From the human T2T-CHM13v2.0 reference genome, Homo sapiens, in the NCBI RefSeq assembly GCF_009914755.1, contig NC_060933.1: a DNA stretch of 64,000 nucleotides. One strand, written 5' to 3'. This document shows, piece by piece, positions 32,191 to 48,113 of this stretch (positions are counted from its first letter, which is position 1; every line of letters starts with the position of its first letter). The notes below the pieces were generated by a model. It saw nothing but the letters and a program-made list of their open reading frames with translations, did not search any database and was not told the DNA's origin. A program made the translations under genes and the position numbers.

Positions 32191-32264
32191 TGCTACAGTC
32201 TGAACGTGTGTGTTTCCCCTCAAATTCATATATCTAATTCCTAACTTCCAAGGGGATGGTATTA
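32191..32264 (+). mobile_element. 5' fragment of MST/MLT1A-type LTR
   Basis: tgctacagtctgaacgtgtgtgtttcccctcaaattcatat...gatggtatta is a MaLR LTR start that is abruptly truncated. Confidence 0.6.
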
Positions 32265-32744
32265 AACTCTGCTCGATTATGGGCCCGGGAAAGAATGGGA
32301 AGATTCTGGAGTCCTGCTCTGAGGTCCTGGGTTTAGATAATATGCACATATTACAGGAAAATCAGAATAAACAGAAAAGAATTTTAAAAATTGATTCACT
32401 TTCATCTTTCATTCTTATAAATAACGCCACAACGAGTATAATACTTAATACTCTTTCTACATCCCAGTCTATTTTCCTCGGAGTGGCTCCCAGAGGTGAA
32501 ATATTACCACTTAGAAGGTATAAATATTTTGAAGGCTGTAGGCACCTATTACCAGATTGGCTTCAGGAAAACTTCTTACTTACAACTCTGCTTAATTATG
32601 GGCCCAGGAAAGAATGGAAAGAATCTGGCACACGGGCCTGTTGCTGGGTGGTGCCTGTTGCATAAACACATGAGCAAGCAGGGCCTGAAAGTTGAAATAC
32701 TGTTAGAGAATGAGGCACATGGGGCAGTACCGTCAAGACATTCA

Positions 32745-33066
<322 letters not shown>

Positions 33067-33349
33067 TCATAATTATATTTCTGTATCATGGTTATTAAGT
33101 ATTTATCCCATATTTTAATTTGTAATCCACCTCTCCAACCTGGAGAATACCCAGGTTCACAAGCTTTTTTTGTTACACATCTCTGAAAGCCTCTGTAAAT
33201 AAATCTGCCACCAAATACATGACTTTTGTCACCTAGGATCTTTTAAAGCTCACTAATAAGGGCTGCTGCCTGGGTGTTTCATTGAACTTGATGCACTTAA
33301 CCTAATGTGGATTCATTCATTAACAAAAGGGACTGTAACTTTTACTGGG

Positions 33350-33690
33350 TGTGGTGGCCATGAAAATGCGCCACTCAGATGTAAGGAGCAAAGTTGACTG
33401 GTGGCTGCAGCTTCTTTCCCTTTGTATTTGCCTCAGATCAATGCCAAGGCCAAACTTCTTGCAGGCTGCTCTAAGACAGTGACTGGGCATGGCCGTGGTA
33501 TTAATGCAGGCCCGTCCCAGCAAACTGCAGAACTTCTTTAACAGGTGGCTTTGGCTCACTGACTCCCCATTACTCTGGCCAAAACTTATCAGGGCTGCCC
33601 TGCTGTCTTCCCAATCCTAACTCCTTCTTTTTCTCCTTCATGGAGGTCAGACCCGCATCACAGTCTGATGACTTTCCTTCATTTCTCTGG
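33350..33690 (+). mobile_element. ERVL LTR relic (LTR16-like)
   Basis: Starts tgtggtggccatgaaaatgcgccactcaga, homologous to the inverted copy at 35.5-36.0 kb. Confidence 0.55.
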
Positions 33691-33692
33691 CT

Positions 33693-34778
33693 TCGTGGTG
33701 TGCTGACGCTGGCTCATAACAGTTCATGACAACCAATTATTAACTTTTCAGGAATTTTATAAGCTAATTTTTAAATGTAGACATTATTAAAAGTAAATTA
33801 TATAAACTTATAATTAAGTTATTTTAAAACAAGGACACTGACTATGCAAAATTCATTACTTCCTAATTATTTTACTACATTTTACAATGTATGCTCTTCA
33901 GATTACTTAGGTCTATTTCACCTGTTATGGTGAAAGTACTACATGATGAGGTGTTACTACCAAACACCTCTTCTGAACTTGTCTTCATTGACATCTCATT
34001 GGTAGCTTGAAATAGACTGTGGTGGGAATATTTACATCATGGAAGTTGGCAAACACTATAAATCATACATGACTTGATGTATCATTTTGTTCATTGTCTC
34101 AACTAAGGTTTGGCCCTAAGGCCAAATCTGGCCAGCTACCCATTTTGTAAATAAGGTTTTATTGAAATATAGCCCTGCCCACTTGTTTGTGTATTTTATT
34201 TACATATGGCTATGGCTGCTTTCACACTACAGTGGCACAGCTGAAGAGCTGCAATGCAGATCATATGACCTAAAAAGCCAAAAATATTTACTGACTGGTT
34301 CCTTTTATGACCCTTGGTCTCGACTTAAAAAAATGATGGACAAAATGTTAACATGGATTAAATTTAGAAGTGTGTCATGTCTGTAGCTAATACATTATAA
34401 ATAGCAAAAAAAATTGAGGAAATATTCTTTCAGTACTAGAAAACTATTATCTTCAACGACATGACTTCTTTTCTGAATTGGATAGTAATCAAATGTTTAC
34501 TTGTTCTATGATTTTTACAAATTATGGTTGAATTGCAACCACCAGTTGGCCCAGATACAAGAGGTTGGCAAAAATGAATAAAATCACATTTCATTATTAT
34601 TCTCTGTGAGAATCAGGTGACTATATGGGATTTATAATGGGCATTGTGCATTTTCTTATTATTTATAAATTGTGTGCTACACAGCTTTCATATCAGTCAG
34701 ACTTGTAAACATATGTATGTATATACACAATACATTTTTCCTCCAGAGAGCCAGGTAAACATTCATCAGCACACCAGT
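33693..34778. mobile_element. hAT DNA transposon relic (MER63-like) with a nested MER58-like MITE (~34105-34318)
   Basis: Terminal inverted repeats tggtgtgctga ... tcagcacacca. Internal ttggtagcttgaaat...atttacatcatggaa. Nested ggccaaatctggcc...ttttgtaaataaggttttattgaaa. Confidence 0.72.
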
Positions 34779-35525
34779 TTCCTTCCAATTTTTCATTCAC
34801 AGGTGCTTCCTCCAAAAAATCTCATACACATCTACTCTCCTCTTGCCCTCTGCTTCTTAGAGGACCTGAGTTAACACATTTGGTATGATGCATTCATTCT
34901 AGGAAAAAAAATAGGAATCTGGGGTTCATAATATATTAATTCACTTTTCACAGCAGTTATACACTATTGCTAAATGGTAAGGAATTCAGGCCTCCATCTA
35001 TCCAAATGTCTTTTAAATCTTGTTTTATGAATATTCAGACACTTTGCTGCTCCTTTTTGGTTGATATCTTTCATTACTGTGTTGCTTCTGTTTATTTTGG
35101 GGTTCTCAGTAAACCGGTGAATAAAAATTTATATGTAGGGCTTTCCTTTTGAAGTAGGGAAGGTCCATAGGAGGAAGATAATGCTTAAAACTTGACTTAC
35201 AAATTCAGATACATCAGAAGAGCCATACAACTGGCATTAAAGCTCAGAGAGAACATTTTTACCTTCAGCCTAGAAATATTGGCCTCACTTTTCAAATTGA
35301 GACCAAGTAATGTTTACTATTTCTTGTTCTAGATTCTTCTGATTTGTGGAGGAGTTGTTAATTCCTAGGAGCACAGATTCTCCTTGATAAGTCCGGGGCT
35401 TACCTAGAAAGCAGGATGATATTTGTGAGACTCTTAAGTCATAATCATAATGTTATTCCTGGAGTGGGTGAGGACAACTGGATCTATAATTATATTTTTC
35501 CTATCTTATGCTAGGCACTAAACAT

Positions 35526-35967
35526 ATGTGTCAGTTTGGGTCCTCCAAGAAGCAGATTTGTGGGAAACACCTGCGAAAAGTAAAGAAGGGAGGAAACTGA
35601 AGCAGTCAAGAATAGCCTTTAGACTTCAGCGCTGGTCTGACATCTGTGAAAAGAGAGGGGGGAAGTAACGATTGAGTAGGAAGAACCCAACCCACAGCAC
35701 AGTTCTGAGGAAGCTTGAGCTGGGCTGGTGGGGAGTCCCTGAGCAAATGCTGCCCACAGGGGAGCCATGTCATGCAGGAATTGCCTGGAACTAGCACCCC
35801 TGCCACCCTCAGTAATTGGCTGGGAGCGGCCTGGGGGAAGTATGGCTTTGGCTCATACACGATGGTGGATCCAGAAAGGGAGCGGCCGGCACTATCAGTC
35901 AACTATGCTCCCAAAGCAAATGATCCTGAAGGTCCTCTGAGTGGGGCACTTCTGTGGCTACCACACT
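35526..35967 (-). mobile_element. ERVL LTR relic (LTR16-like)
   Basis: Reverse complement starts tgtggtagccacagaagtgccccactcaga. On + it has tttgggtcctccaagaagcaga at the other end. Confidence 0.6.
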
Positions 35968-36689
35968 ATGTAAAGAAGAGCAATCGAATACTCCCTGTCC
36001 TCAAGGAATTTAGAGTTGACTGAATTCTTGATCTCCCATTTCAGATCTCAGTACTCCAATCTTGATCTCTGTGCTTTTACTTTAGTATGAAAAGTCAGAT
36101 GACAATTTTGCTACACCTACTCCATTCTCGTAGGCAGGAAGCATGCCTTGACAATTGTTTTTTCATAGTGGGAAGAGGCGGGCCTGAGTCTGGTTTCCCT
36201 GTGGCCTGCAGCTCACTGGCTGCATCTCTGGTCAAGGGGCAGAGCTCAGTGTGTTCACACAGGCTGACAAGCTTTGGCATACTCATTTGACCAACTCAGT
36301 TTACCAGCTGCATTTCCTATCCTTTCAGTTTGAATGAAAAATCTAACTAAAAATTTTCTCCCTGCTTATTCTTTGTAGACTAACTCTTGTCTTATAAAAA
36401 GTTTGAAATAGCGATTTCATCTGGCTAGTAGATTCTGAGTCCAATATCTTATTGCCTGAAGCTGAAAATATCCTAATTGATACAATTGATAGGCAGCCTT
36501 CAGAGCAAGAGAGAGGTGAGTGGTCTTGGGGTGAGGCTTGATGCACCCCCAGATTTAATGTCTACCTGACACTGTTGAGATCTGCTAAATTATGAAGCAG
36601 AATTTTGAAGACCACACTTCTTGCCCGAAAACATTAGTAGTTCATATAAGCACTGTCCAGTTTCTTAGTTATAGCTACTGGCTGGGCAC

Positions 36690-36820
36690 TTAGGTGTCCA
36701 TAAGACTTATTATCTAAACTGAGATACTTTTGAAAATAAAAGAGACTGTAGTCAATGATTATACCAAACTGATAGGTGTCCATCCAAACTGCCCCAGGCA
36801 AACCAGGAGGTATGGTCACA
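36690..36820. mobile_element. MER94-like small hAT MITE
   Basis: ggtgtccata...gtatggtcac imperfect inverted ends, ~130 bp. Confidence 0.5.
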
Positions 36821-39142
36821 CATCATGCCTATACGACACTCGACTCTTCTCGAATTGCCTCAATCAGTTGTTTGCAAACACTTTCTAACTTCTTTGGGGG
36901 ACTAACCCATCCATGTTCTGTTGCTTTTCTCTATCCAGACTCAGAGAAATTAAAGAAGTACCCAGTTGTGGGGCCACCCACTTTGTCTTGTGATCTCACC
37001 CTGGGACCTCTGCCAGATACAGCATATCAGTTCCTAGGAAAAATGGATTGTCTCCATCCCCAGCCTCCTTCTCTGAGTCACTGAACCCACAGGTGTGTGC
37101 TTAACACACTTCACCCAGCTCTGGAACAACATCTTGCCAGATTAGCCCAGCAGAGGGAGAGGAACGTAAGACATTACTGGATTTGTTCTCCTGTCAACAA
37201 AGGGATTTGGTGGGAAATTTGGAGGTTTTTTGGTCTCTACTGCTCACTCATACATTTAGAACATTTCTTGATTGCATAGTGGATTGGATTTGCCTTTTAT
37301 AAATGGAGGGTAGAATTTAAAAAGGTCTGTGTGCTACGTGTGTGTGTGTATGTATACATTGGAAGGTGGGCATTTGCGTATAGTGGAGTTGGGGGAGGCA
37401 GAGCCCACAGGGGTGGAATAGGGACTCAGGGGTCTATGATATTCATTGGTCTGCAAGTACACGTTGGGAGATTATTACTTTGTTAGGACAATGTTTCAAA
37501 CTATTTGCTCAGCTCAGCGGGGATTTAAGCAAAGGGGGGCTCTGACATTTTCGTTCTAATTTAAAAATTCTAGATTTTTTGTGAAACTTGGTTCATGTGA
37601 GTTGTGTATGTGTTTGCTTTGCTTTTTTGTTCAGCAAAAATAACAGTAAAACCACAAGGTTTTAATTCATTGTTTGCCAAATGAAAAAAGCTTTTGAGAA
37701 TTTTAATTCACAATTGATAAGCGTGATGGCTCTGGTGGGTGGCCTCGAGGCTGAAGGAGAGACCACAGGGAGCCTCGCTTCCCCAGCTCCTGGTGGTATC
37801 CTGGTTCTGAGTCCTGTGGCTGCTGCAATCATGTCTTCAAACACTTCGTTGGGGGAGACTGATGAAATGTTTCATGATGAGCACAAAGATTTATTCTTTC
37901 AGTCATAGAAGTTAGAGGAAACTGCTCCAAACTTTAGAAGAGGGGGTCATTTCTAGGGAACATGGGAGCCTGGAGAATTAATGCATTTTGTTCTATGGAC
38001 AATTTGCAATTGATTGCCATTTTTATAACTTATTTTTTACTTAAAAATGGCACAGGATCATTACAGAAACTTTGGAAAAAATAGGAGAACACACACACAC
38101 ACACAATCTGTCATCTTATTAGTCAAAAATAACCACTTTCAGTATCTTAGTGTATTTTCTTCTAATCTTTTTCCTTTACATACTATATATATAAAAGTTT
38201 TACTATCTTGACAAAAATAAGATCATATTGCAAGTTTTGCTTTCTGGAAGGGAAGATACAGCACAGGGCTCAAGATGGGATCTGGCTTCCAGTGGGCTAG
38301 TGGGCCAGGACTGGGGGACGGAAGATGGTGGGGACCACACAACGGACTCTCTTCACTTCCCTGAGAATCTACAGGATTGGATGCTCTAACATGAGACTCT
38401 TCTAGCATGTAGGAAGGCCTAGTTTTGTCCATTAGGCCACCAGGAGTGTGGCTGGAATGTTGGCAGAGCTCTTCTCTGCTTATGGAAGAAGGGTCCTCTC
38501 TGGCTTAAGAAAGGATTTTGTCTTAAAAATTAACTTTGAGTTTTACTCATGTGAATTACTCATGTTTTCAGCTCAGCATGCACCAGGCAGGCACAGAAAC
38601 ATGGAATCACAGTGCTCTGCTGTGGAGAACACATGACTACCATTCCACCTGTGAGCAGACGTCCCAGCAAACAGACAGCCTGGCTAGCCTCTCCCATTTT
38701 AGGGACAGAGAACCCGGACAGGCCCAGAAGAATTGAGCTGATCCTTCTGCTCCAAGGCATTTGACGTGTGAGGGTAGGTGCTGGCCCTGGCATTCAGACT
38801 GAGGTTGACACATATGACACGTCTTCCCACATAAGCAAAACTTCATCTCTCAGCAGACTCCTTGGAATAGAACAACAAGTTCACTTGCCAGTGAGGGAAA
38901 GACCACATTACCCTTCTCCCAAGAATCTTGGTACATATTATCCCAGATGAGGGATCTTTTTATTACACTAGTTTTTCGCACATATACACATCCGTCAACC
39001 TAACCCTGAAATTTAGTGTAACCACATGTGCTAAAGATTGTAACAGAGAAAGGGTAGCGAACAGATTGTTTTAGTTTATCAAGACATAAATAACGTAACT
39101 TCATTTTTTATATTAAAAAAAGTCTTGTCCATATCTGTAAGT

Positions 39143-39332
39143 CATTGGTTCTCAATCGGGGATGACTTTGCCCTCCAGGTGGCCTTGGTTCTCAAAATGT
39201 GTGTGGAGATCTTACAGATAGCTAATGTATTGAGGCCAAGGATGCTGATAAACATCTTAGCACAGAACAACCCTCCACAACAAAGAATTATTTGGCCCTG
39301 AATGTCAATAGCGCTGAGGTGGAAAAACCCTG
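39143..39332. mobile_element. MER20 DNA transposon relic
   Basis: ggttctcaatcggggatgactttgccctccagg...gaggccaaggatgctgataaacatc...aatgtcaatagcgctgaggtggaaaaaccctg. Confidence 0.8.
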
Positions 39333-39359
39333 GTATACTCTCAAGACTGAATGAGTGGA

Positions 39360-39850
39360 TGTATTGGTGATATTTTCTATTTTCTGTGTTTTATGATGTT
39401 TTGACATCTTACAAAGTTTGCTGGCTAGGGAGAGACTGCCCCTGCTAGGACTAGCCCTATTTTAGAGATAGCAAAAGGCTTGGCCAATCTCCAGACCAAC
39501 CTATCTCAAGTCTGTAGCCCTAGCCACCTCCTTGTCTAACTCTCATACACTGAGCCACTATTTCCCCTGCACTTGATTATCCTGGGGCCAGGAACCAGGC
39601 AACTGGAAACAACTCCTATAGCCCAAATCCTGACAGAATGACTCAAACTAACTGGTCCTGAATTATACACTCTGCACTGCCTTGCCTTTTTCATAGAAAC
39701 CCCAATAAAGACTCTGGCTAAGAGGTTCCCGCTAGCTCTTCTCCCACCTGACCAAAACCAGGAGCTTCCCCTCTGGCCCTGTGGGACATGCATGTGTGAC
39801 CCCCTCCTCTGGGACCTGTGAGCACAGTAAACTTCTTCCTTCCAAGTCTT
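39360..39850 (+). mobile_element. ERVL LTR (MER74 family)
   Basis: ttttgacatct...gactgcccct...tagagatagcaaa...ggggccaggaaccaggcaact...aataaagactct match the recalled MER74 layout. Confidence 0.7.
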
Positions 39851-39976
39851 GCTCCCATTTCCTCATGAGACCTCGCATTTCCTCCTGTCACTGCACAGAA
39901 TTTATGCTTTCATGTACAGCATATGTACCTTCCTACAGCAGTGGGTACCAAAGAGAATTCCCTACCTGAGTCTTCA

Positions 39977-40216
<240 letters not shown>

Positions 40217-41488
40217 TTAAATAAAGCCACTCTAGGTTTGGAGTGATAGAAAGATGAGCTTGCATGTAGACACTGCCATTTACACTTGTTTTTTTTTTTT
40301 TTTTTGGTGACTGTAGACACATCACACACTTGTATTCTGAGTCTGTTTCCTCAACTGCAAATGGGAATAATAATAGCTATGCCAGAAAACATCATGAAAA
40401 ATTTTGAATTAGACAAAACCAAAAAGAGTATCTGGTAACTCTTCCAAATTATCTGATTTTAAGGCTTGCCCTTTTCACTGTCTTTGAGCTATTTGACAAT
40501 TTTGTAAATTATAGAAAAATTATAGAAATGAAAATGTTCATGAACAGAGAAATCCAAAGAAATTCTGTGCAGTGGAATGCAATTGCTCTACCTACGAATA
40601 TCAATTTTTTCATTGATGTATTTTTAAAATTTTCTTTTGACTCAGTTGTAATATCTTACTAGTTTTTTCCTTATTTATAAGTTAAATAAAATATTTGATA
40701 ATCTTCATTTTATATTTGAATGATTCATTATTTTAGCTTTCTTAAAAAACTATCCTTTAAGAGTTACTTCAGTTGTGTGTGTGTCTGCATGTGTAAGATG
40801 CACATCATCAACAAAAGTGCTAAGCCTCATGCATGACAAATGGCCAACACCCAGTAAACAGTGTGCTCTTTCCATCCTTCCTCACAGAATAGCAAGAGCC
40901 TCTGCTGTCTATCGAGGACCCGATGTGGGCCGGGCACGCTTTACACACTGTGCCATCTGATGCTCACTACAGCTCTGTCTCCACTCACTGTTCAGATGAG
41001 GAAACTAGAGAGAGAATCTGCTTGTGGCCATCACTGAAAATGCAGGAGCTGGCATTTGAACCTAGGTCTGTCCATCTTCAGAGCCAGTGCTTTTTGCTCT
41101 ACAGATCTTCTTTGCTCACACGAAGTGCCCACTGCATTTGGAAATGGGTATGTCCGGGGCAAGCTCGTTCAGCATATGTATATACATCCTATGAAGGGAC
41201 ACATATGTAACCCAAAATTGTTTGCTTTTTACCTTAACGTGGCTCACTTTCCAGATCTTAGGAGCGCCATCAGGCAGGCAGATACAAATGCCTGCACAAC
41301 AGATCCCTCCCTGCCTGCTGGCAGCTCCTGCTCAGAGAAGTGCTTCAGCCCTGGCTGGAGACTGGAAAGAGACCTGGTCCCTTACTTCACAGCTACAAAG
41401 TCCCTATGATCCCGTGCAAGCTGGGTTTTCCTGGGGCACCCAAAGGATTAGGGGCGAGAGAGGAGTTTAGAAAAAGCTTCAGAGAAGA

Positions 41489-42078
<590 letters not shown>

Positions 42079-43668
42079 CTAGACTACATGCTGCTGAGCA
42101 TGTGGGTGGGTGGTGGCAGCGAGGCAGGTCAGGGTAGGGACGATTGAAGGAGATGCAGGGACAGAAGAGGGAGAGAACATTTTCCTCAGTGCCAGCTGCT
42201 CTGCGGGTGGTTCTCACTGGTCACACACAGCTACGTGAGGGCCATTGTTTTCTTATTTAAAACATTTTTATTTTTTATTAAACATTTAAAAATAATTTTT
42301 AAATATATTTTTAAATTGACTAATAAAAGCTGTATATAATTGTGTACAAGATGACGTTTTGAAATGTGTACACATTGTGGAATAGCTAGCTAAATCGAGC
42401 TAATTCACATCTCATTTTGCACATAAAGGAGCTGATTTTCAGAGGCATTGATAGACAGTGTTGAGGTTCCACAGCTTGAGAGCAGTGTGGCTGTCAGGAC
42501 CTGGAGCCTGCACTCTTCCCACCGCTCCCGGACACTCCCTGGAAAGAGGAAGTTTGACTTAGGTGCCCTCTCCCACTTCAGGTGCTCAGTGACCTTACCC
42601 TTTCCTGTGACTGATGGACGCTGGGGTGTTTGTGACTTAGAGCGGTAGAGCTTCTTGAACAGAAGCTCAGTCGTATTTTGTTTTTAATACACTGAAGCAT
42701 TTAATGGGTGTTCAGTTATTCAAGTTAAATGACCCCCTTCCAAGAGCCGGCCCCTTTGGAGTATCTCAGACATTGAGGGTCTGAGCGTGGATTGCTTTTC
42801 TGCTTTCTGGGTAAGGGAAACGCTCACATCCAGTCACCTTCTGCAGTCTGCCAGGCTGGAGCTGCGCCGTGGAGCCTCTGGAATTTCTCTCTGCACCCTG
42901 GGACTGTCCTCCAGCCTGACCCGAGCACACGCTCCTGTCTTTCAAGGGCATATTTCTCACTTATTTTCTTTCCCAGGATAATCATTCAGTGCACAGAATT
43001 CTAATAAATTTCTAGCCACTGGACATTGAAAGAGAAGCCACTAACAAAATACATCTGATTTTACATTTTCATTCATAGAACCAGGGTGTGGAATGCATGC
43101 CCTCCTCTAGCAATTAGGTTTCCTGTGGGTTTTGTTCAGGCTCCAGGAACATCTAAGGCATCTCATTTTCCTGATGTACAAGTTCAAGATAAGAAGACAG
43201 TGCTTGCTTTTAACTGCGAGGAAGGTGTTAAATGCAGAATTTGCAATGTAAGTATGCAGAAGGTAATGCCTTTTATATGCATAATATTTTCACAGATTTT
43301 TTTAAATTACAAAATACCCCTAAAGATTGCAAGTTCATATTGGGTACCCGGTATTTAGAAAAAGGATAGCTTGGTCAAACAGGTACTCATTGAAATGTTC
43401 TTCTTTTCTCAAAATTGATAATGAACATTTTATTCTAAAGAAATTCATTATGAAGACAAGAGAGGCCCGTGCAGGAACACAGCCTGCTCACATCCGCACG
43501 GCATTTTACATCCTCTCTGTTTGGGAGGAAGGTGTGGTTTGGATATGGAAGGAGGATTTACTCTAGCAGATACTGTAGCTGCACAGTCATGAACTGGGTT
43601 ACAGAAAATAGCTGAAAGCAGGGTGTTGTCTACACACCCAAGGAGTAAATTAATTCAGGGTGAACCTG

Positions 43669-44020
<352 letters not shown>

Positions 44021-46152
44021 CTATGAAGTATCTGATGCATGCCAGCTCTGCTTCTCATTCCTTTTTGATCAAAAAACACTTATAGGGTCTCTGTTTTCAT
44101 AGAGTAGCTTGAGAGTAGTGGGCATGAACTTTGGAAGGACTTAGGAGGGGACATGAACTCAGACGTCTTCAGGGATCCATAAGCATCCCAAAGGACTGAA
44201 GCCACTGGGAGCAGTGGCACTAGGTCTTGAAGGGCACGTGCTCTGCTTCAAGACATGCATTCCAAAAGGGTCCAACACCACACTGGCCAAAGAAAACATG
44301 GCGTTTGGCTGGATGCAGTCAGAGGGCTACCTACCTGCCCCTCCTAGTGGATGCATTCTCTATCTGCAGGTAGAACCTATGTCTTTCTTCCTTAGCTTTT
44401 CTCGAAACCTCCTCCCTGTGCTCTCGCTGCAGGGCACCCTGAACTATTTTGCTTTCTCTATGCTTTCCTCCTTCCTACGCTGTCTCATGGGGCAGCCCCC
44501 TATCCTGCTTCTGCACCCAAGCATGCAGATACCACTCTGGCTGTTCAGGCTCGCTATTGCTGTCATTCCAGCAGGAACCGGGATTGGAGTTCTTCACCAA
44601 GCCACAGCCCACTCACTAGGGGTCATGTAGACACAGCTGTCCTGCCTGCGAAACACAGCTGCATCCCTACCTCCCCTGTCAGGCCAGGAGGCTGCATCCT
44701 GACAACCAGGATGGAGAGAAAGCTCAGTGGAGGACTTGCACTGTTGTGACTTTGAGCAAGAAAGCCCTTCACTTGCTCGGAGCCCCTTTGCTTAGCCATG
44801 AAGTGGAGATGAAGTGTGGTAACATACAGGAAAGTGCCCCCAACACAGCCCACCATTCATTCCCCAAATGCCCCTCCCCACATGCCACATGCTTGTTCAG
44901 GGGACTCACAATGCATCTCCTGATCCCTGGCAAGCATCAAAAGCGCTAACTGAATTTGAACCACCACCTAAATACAGTCTCCTTGTCTTTAGTTTATACG
45001 TGATATCAAATGCTTTGCTTCTTATTGACTCAGCTCATATTGAAGGCTTATTTATCTCTGTTGCTGGGCTGTAAGAATTAGAAAGCCTTAGATCATGGGG
45101 ATAAGAGGCTTCCCGTCTTGTCCCGGACCCAGTGCTGGACCACGTCCAGAGAAGCCTTTAGCAAAGCTCTTGGTGATGAGTTTCACCCTTACATCACTTA
45201 GGATGTTATATTTGTGGGCTCTCTGTGGTCAGGCCCTATAATCACATTTACTGAGTGATGCTGAACATGTTTAAGGAGTGACTGTCTTACTAAAATTGAC
45301 AGTTGCCACTGTGCTGACTCTTGGCCTCAACCCCTCCATGTTATTTCACAGCCTCACTGCTTGTTTTGCTGAAAACTGCTGGTGAATCTGAACTTCAGCA
45401 GGTGCAAGAACTTCTGTAAAAGAAAGTGCATTTTGTTTGAGATGAGCTGTGCCATCTTCTTCCTTCCACTTTTAAAAAACTTGTTTTATATTTATTGCTC
45501 CCATTTACCAGGCTCACTGTAGCTGGTATGGCCCTCTTTGAACAGAATTGATAGCAATTTTAGAAAAGCATTTTTAGGAAAACACCAAAATAAGGCAGGA
45601 AACAGGAAATGAAAGATGTTTACATTTCCCTGGCGGTATTGATGGAAAACCTAGGCACTAACAGTGGCTCTCTCTGCCTCTGCACCTGGCCCAGGCAGAG
45701 ACAATCATTAGCTCTATGCCATATGCATATGGTGGTGCCCCCGTCGGGGCTCAAATGAGAGTGGAAAGGCGCTGCTTTCTCAAGTTGTTCTCTCTGTGTG
45801 GTCGGGAAGAAGGGAAAGCCGCTGTGATCTCCTGTGGGATGGACCAGTAGGGTTTTATTGTCACAGAAATAAGAAATACTAAGCAATGTGCAGACACATA
45901 AACCCATTAGGTACCTGAACCCTCCTAAGCCACTTCTAAAGATCTGTAAGATTAAGCTCCTATTTTTTACATGAGCAACTTTTCAAACTCAGGTGTCTCC
46001 ATTCTATTGTTGTGCAATTGATTTTTGTTTATAAACTCAATTTCAGAGGTGCACACTCACGTGCCTTCTAAGTTTCCACTTGCTACTTTCATCCCATGTG
46101 TATGCAGATGGAAGAGAAGAGACTTTTCAGGGGAGCGTGTATGTGCTCTTGA

Positions 46153-46450
<298 letters not shown>

Positions 46451-47763
46451 TTGATGTCTTTTAAATTCCCTCTAAACCTGAGATTCTCTCAGAATATAAG
46501 ATCATTTATTTTTCTTAGAACCCAGATAACTGTGTTGTCTTCCATTCCCCAGGGGCTCAAAAAGCAGGAGCAGGAAATTTAAATAACTGTAGTGTCCAGA
46601 AGGCCACATACTTGAGTTATTCTGGTTATTTTTATAATAAACACTTAGGAATATTATCTGCTTCTGACTCCCACCTCTAAAAATCAGGTTTACTGCATTT
46701 ATCTTTTTGTTTCCCCAGTTTTTATAAACTCATGGGTAGAGGGCAATAGTTCTCCTTTTTAAAGTATAGGCAGTGGGGGGAAATGCATTGGTTTTGGCCA
46801 ATGAAACTCAGCCCTGCAACGACAGGGCGTGGAAGTGAGTTCAGAAATGGAGCAGGTCTGCCCCCACTAAGTGGTCAGACAAAACTGCCCACAGTATCTT
46901 TGCCTACTGGCTGGTGGGCTGCAGGTCTGTGGTCTCTGGCTTATTTTTATGCTCTTTATTGAGTGCTTATGGAATGCCTTTTATTCTTCAAAGTGCTCTA
47001 CATCTCACCTTCAATTCCCACAACAAGCGTCTTCTTATCCTCATTTTACAGAGGACGTACAAAGAGGCAAGCCACTGCCCGAAGTCACCTTGTTGATGGT
47101 GATAGAGCTAAGATTTAAACCAAACCCAACTCCCAAGCCCGTGTCATCACCAGCAAACCACCCAGCCACGGGACAGAGAGATGGCGGCTCATGACAACAG
47201 CTGGATACCGAGAAAGCAGGCATCCAGTTAAATCTGTTGAGAGCAATGTGCAAGTCATCACTGCTTTCTCAAAGCAGAACTAGATTAACTTTCTCCCAAG
47301 ATGATTCTCTGCGCATCACATCAAGACACACATCCCTTTTCCTCTCCGCACTTTCTGTCGAAGTGCTCGCTGTGGCCAGTTTCAAGTGGGTCATGGTAAG
47401 GATAAACAAACAAACAAAAACTAGACTCCCTCTGACACCAGCACCAAACGTGTTTGTTTAGCCCCCTCACATGGAGATTCTGCTTCCACAGGTGCAGGGG
47501 ACTCACTGTCACTCCATTTCCACTCAGGTGGTCTTTTTCACCCAAGGTGAAAATACCTTTAGGTCCAAAGTTTCTAGGTCTGGGAGCTAAGATGGCTCCA
47601 CCTGACTGTGGCCCGTATGCATTTGGACGGGTTTCTCCTCCCACCCCACCTTCAGGCCCCACTGGACAGAGGGCAGATTGAGCTTCCTCCCGTTCCTCTT
47701 TCACCTTCTCAGATGGAAGCTGGAGTGCAATGTGGGAGTGCTCTCCTTAGTTTCTTGGCTTAA

Positions 47764-48113
<350 letters not shown>

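Noticed and set aside
33350-35967. Two LTR16-like copies as ends of a provirus
   Set aside because: They are in opposite orientation and the interval holds a DNA transposon, not gag/pol sequence.
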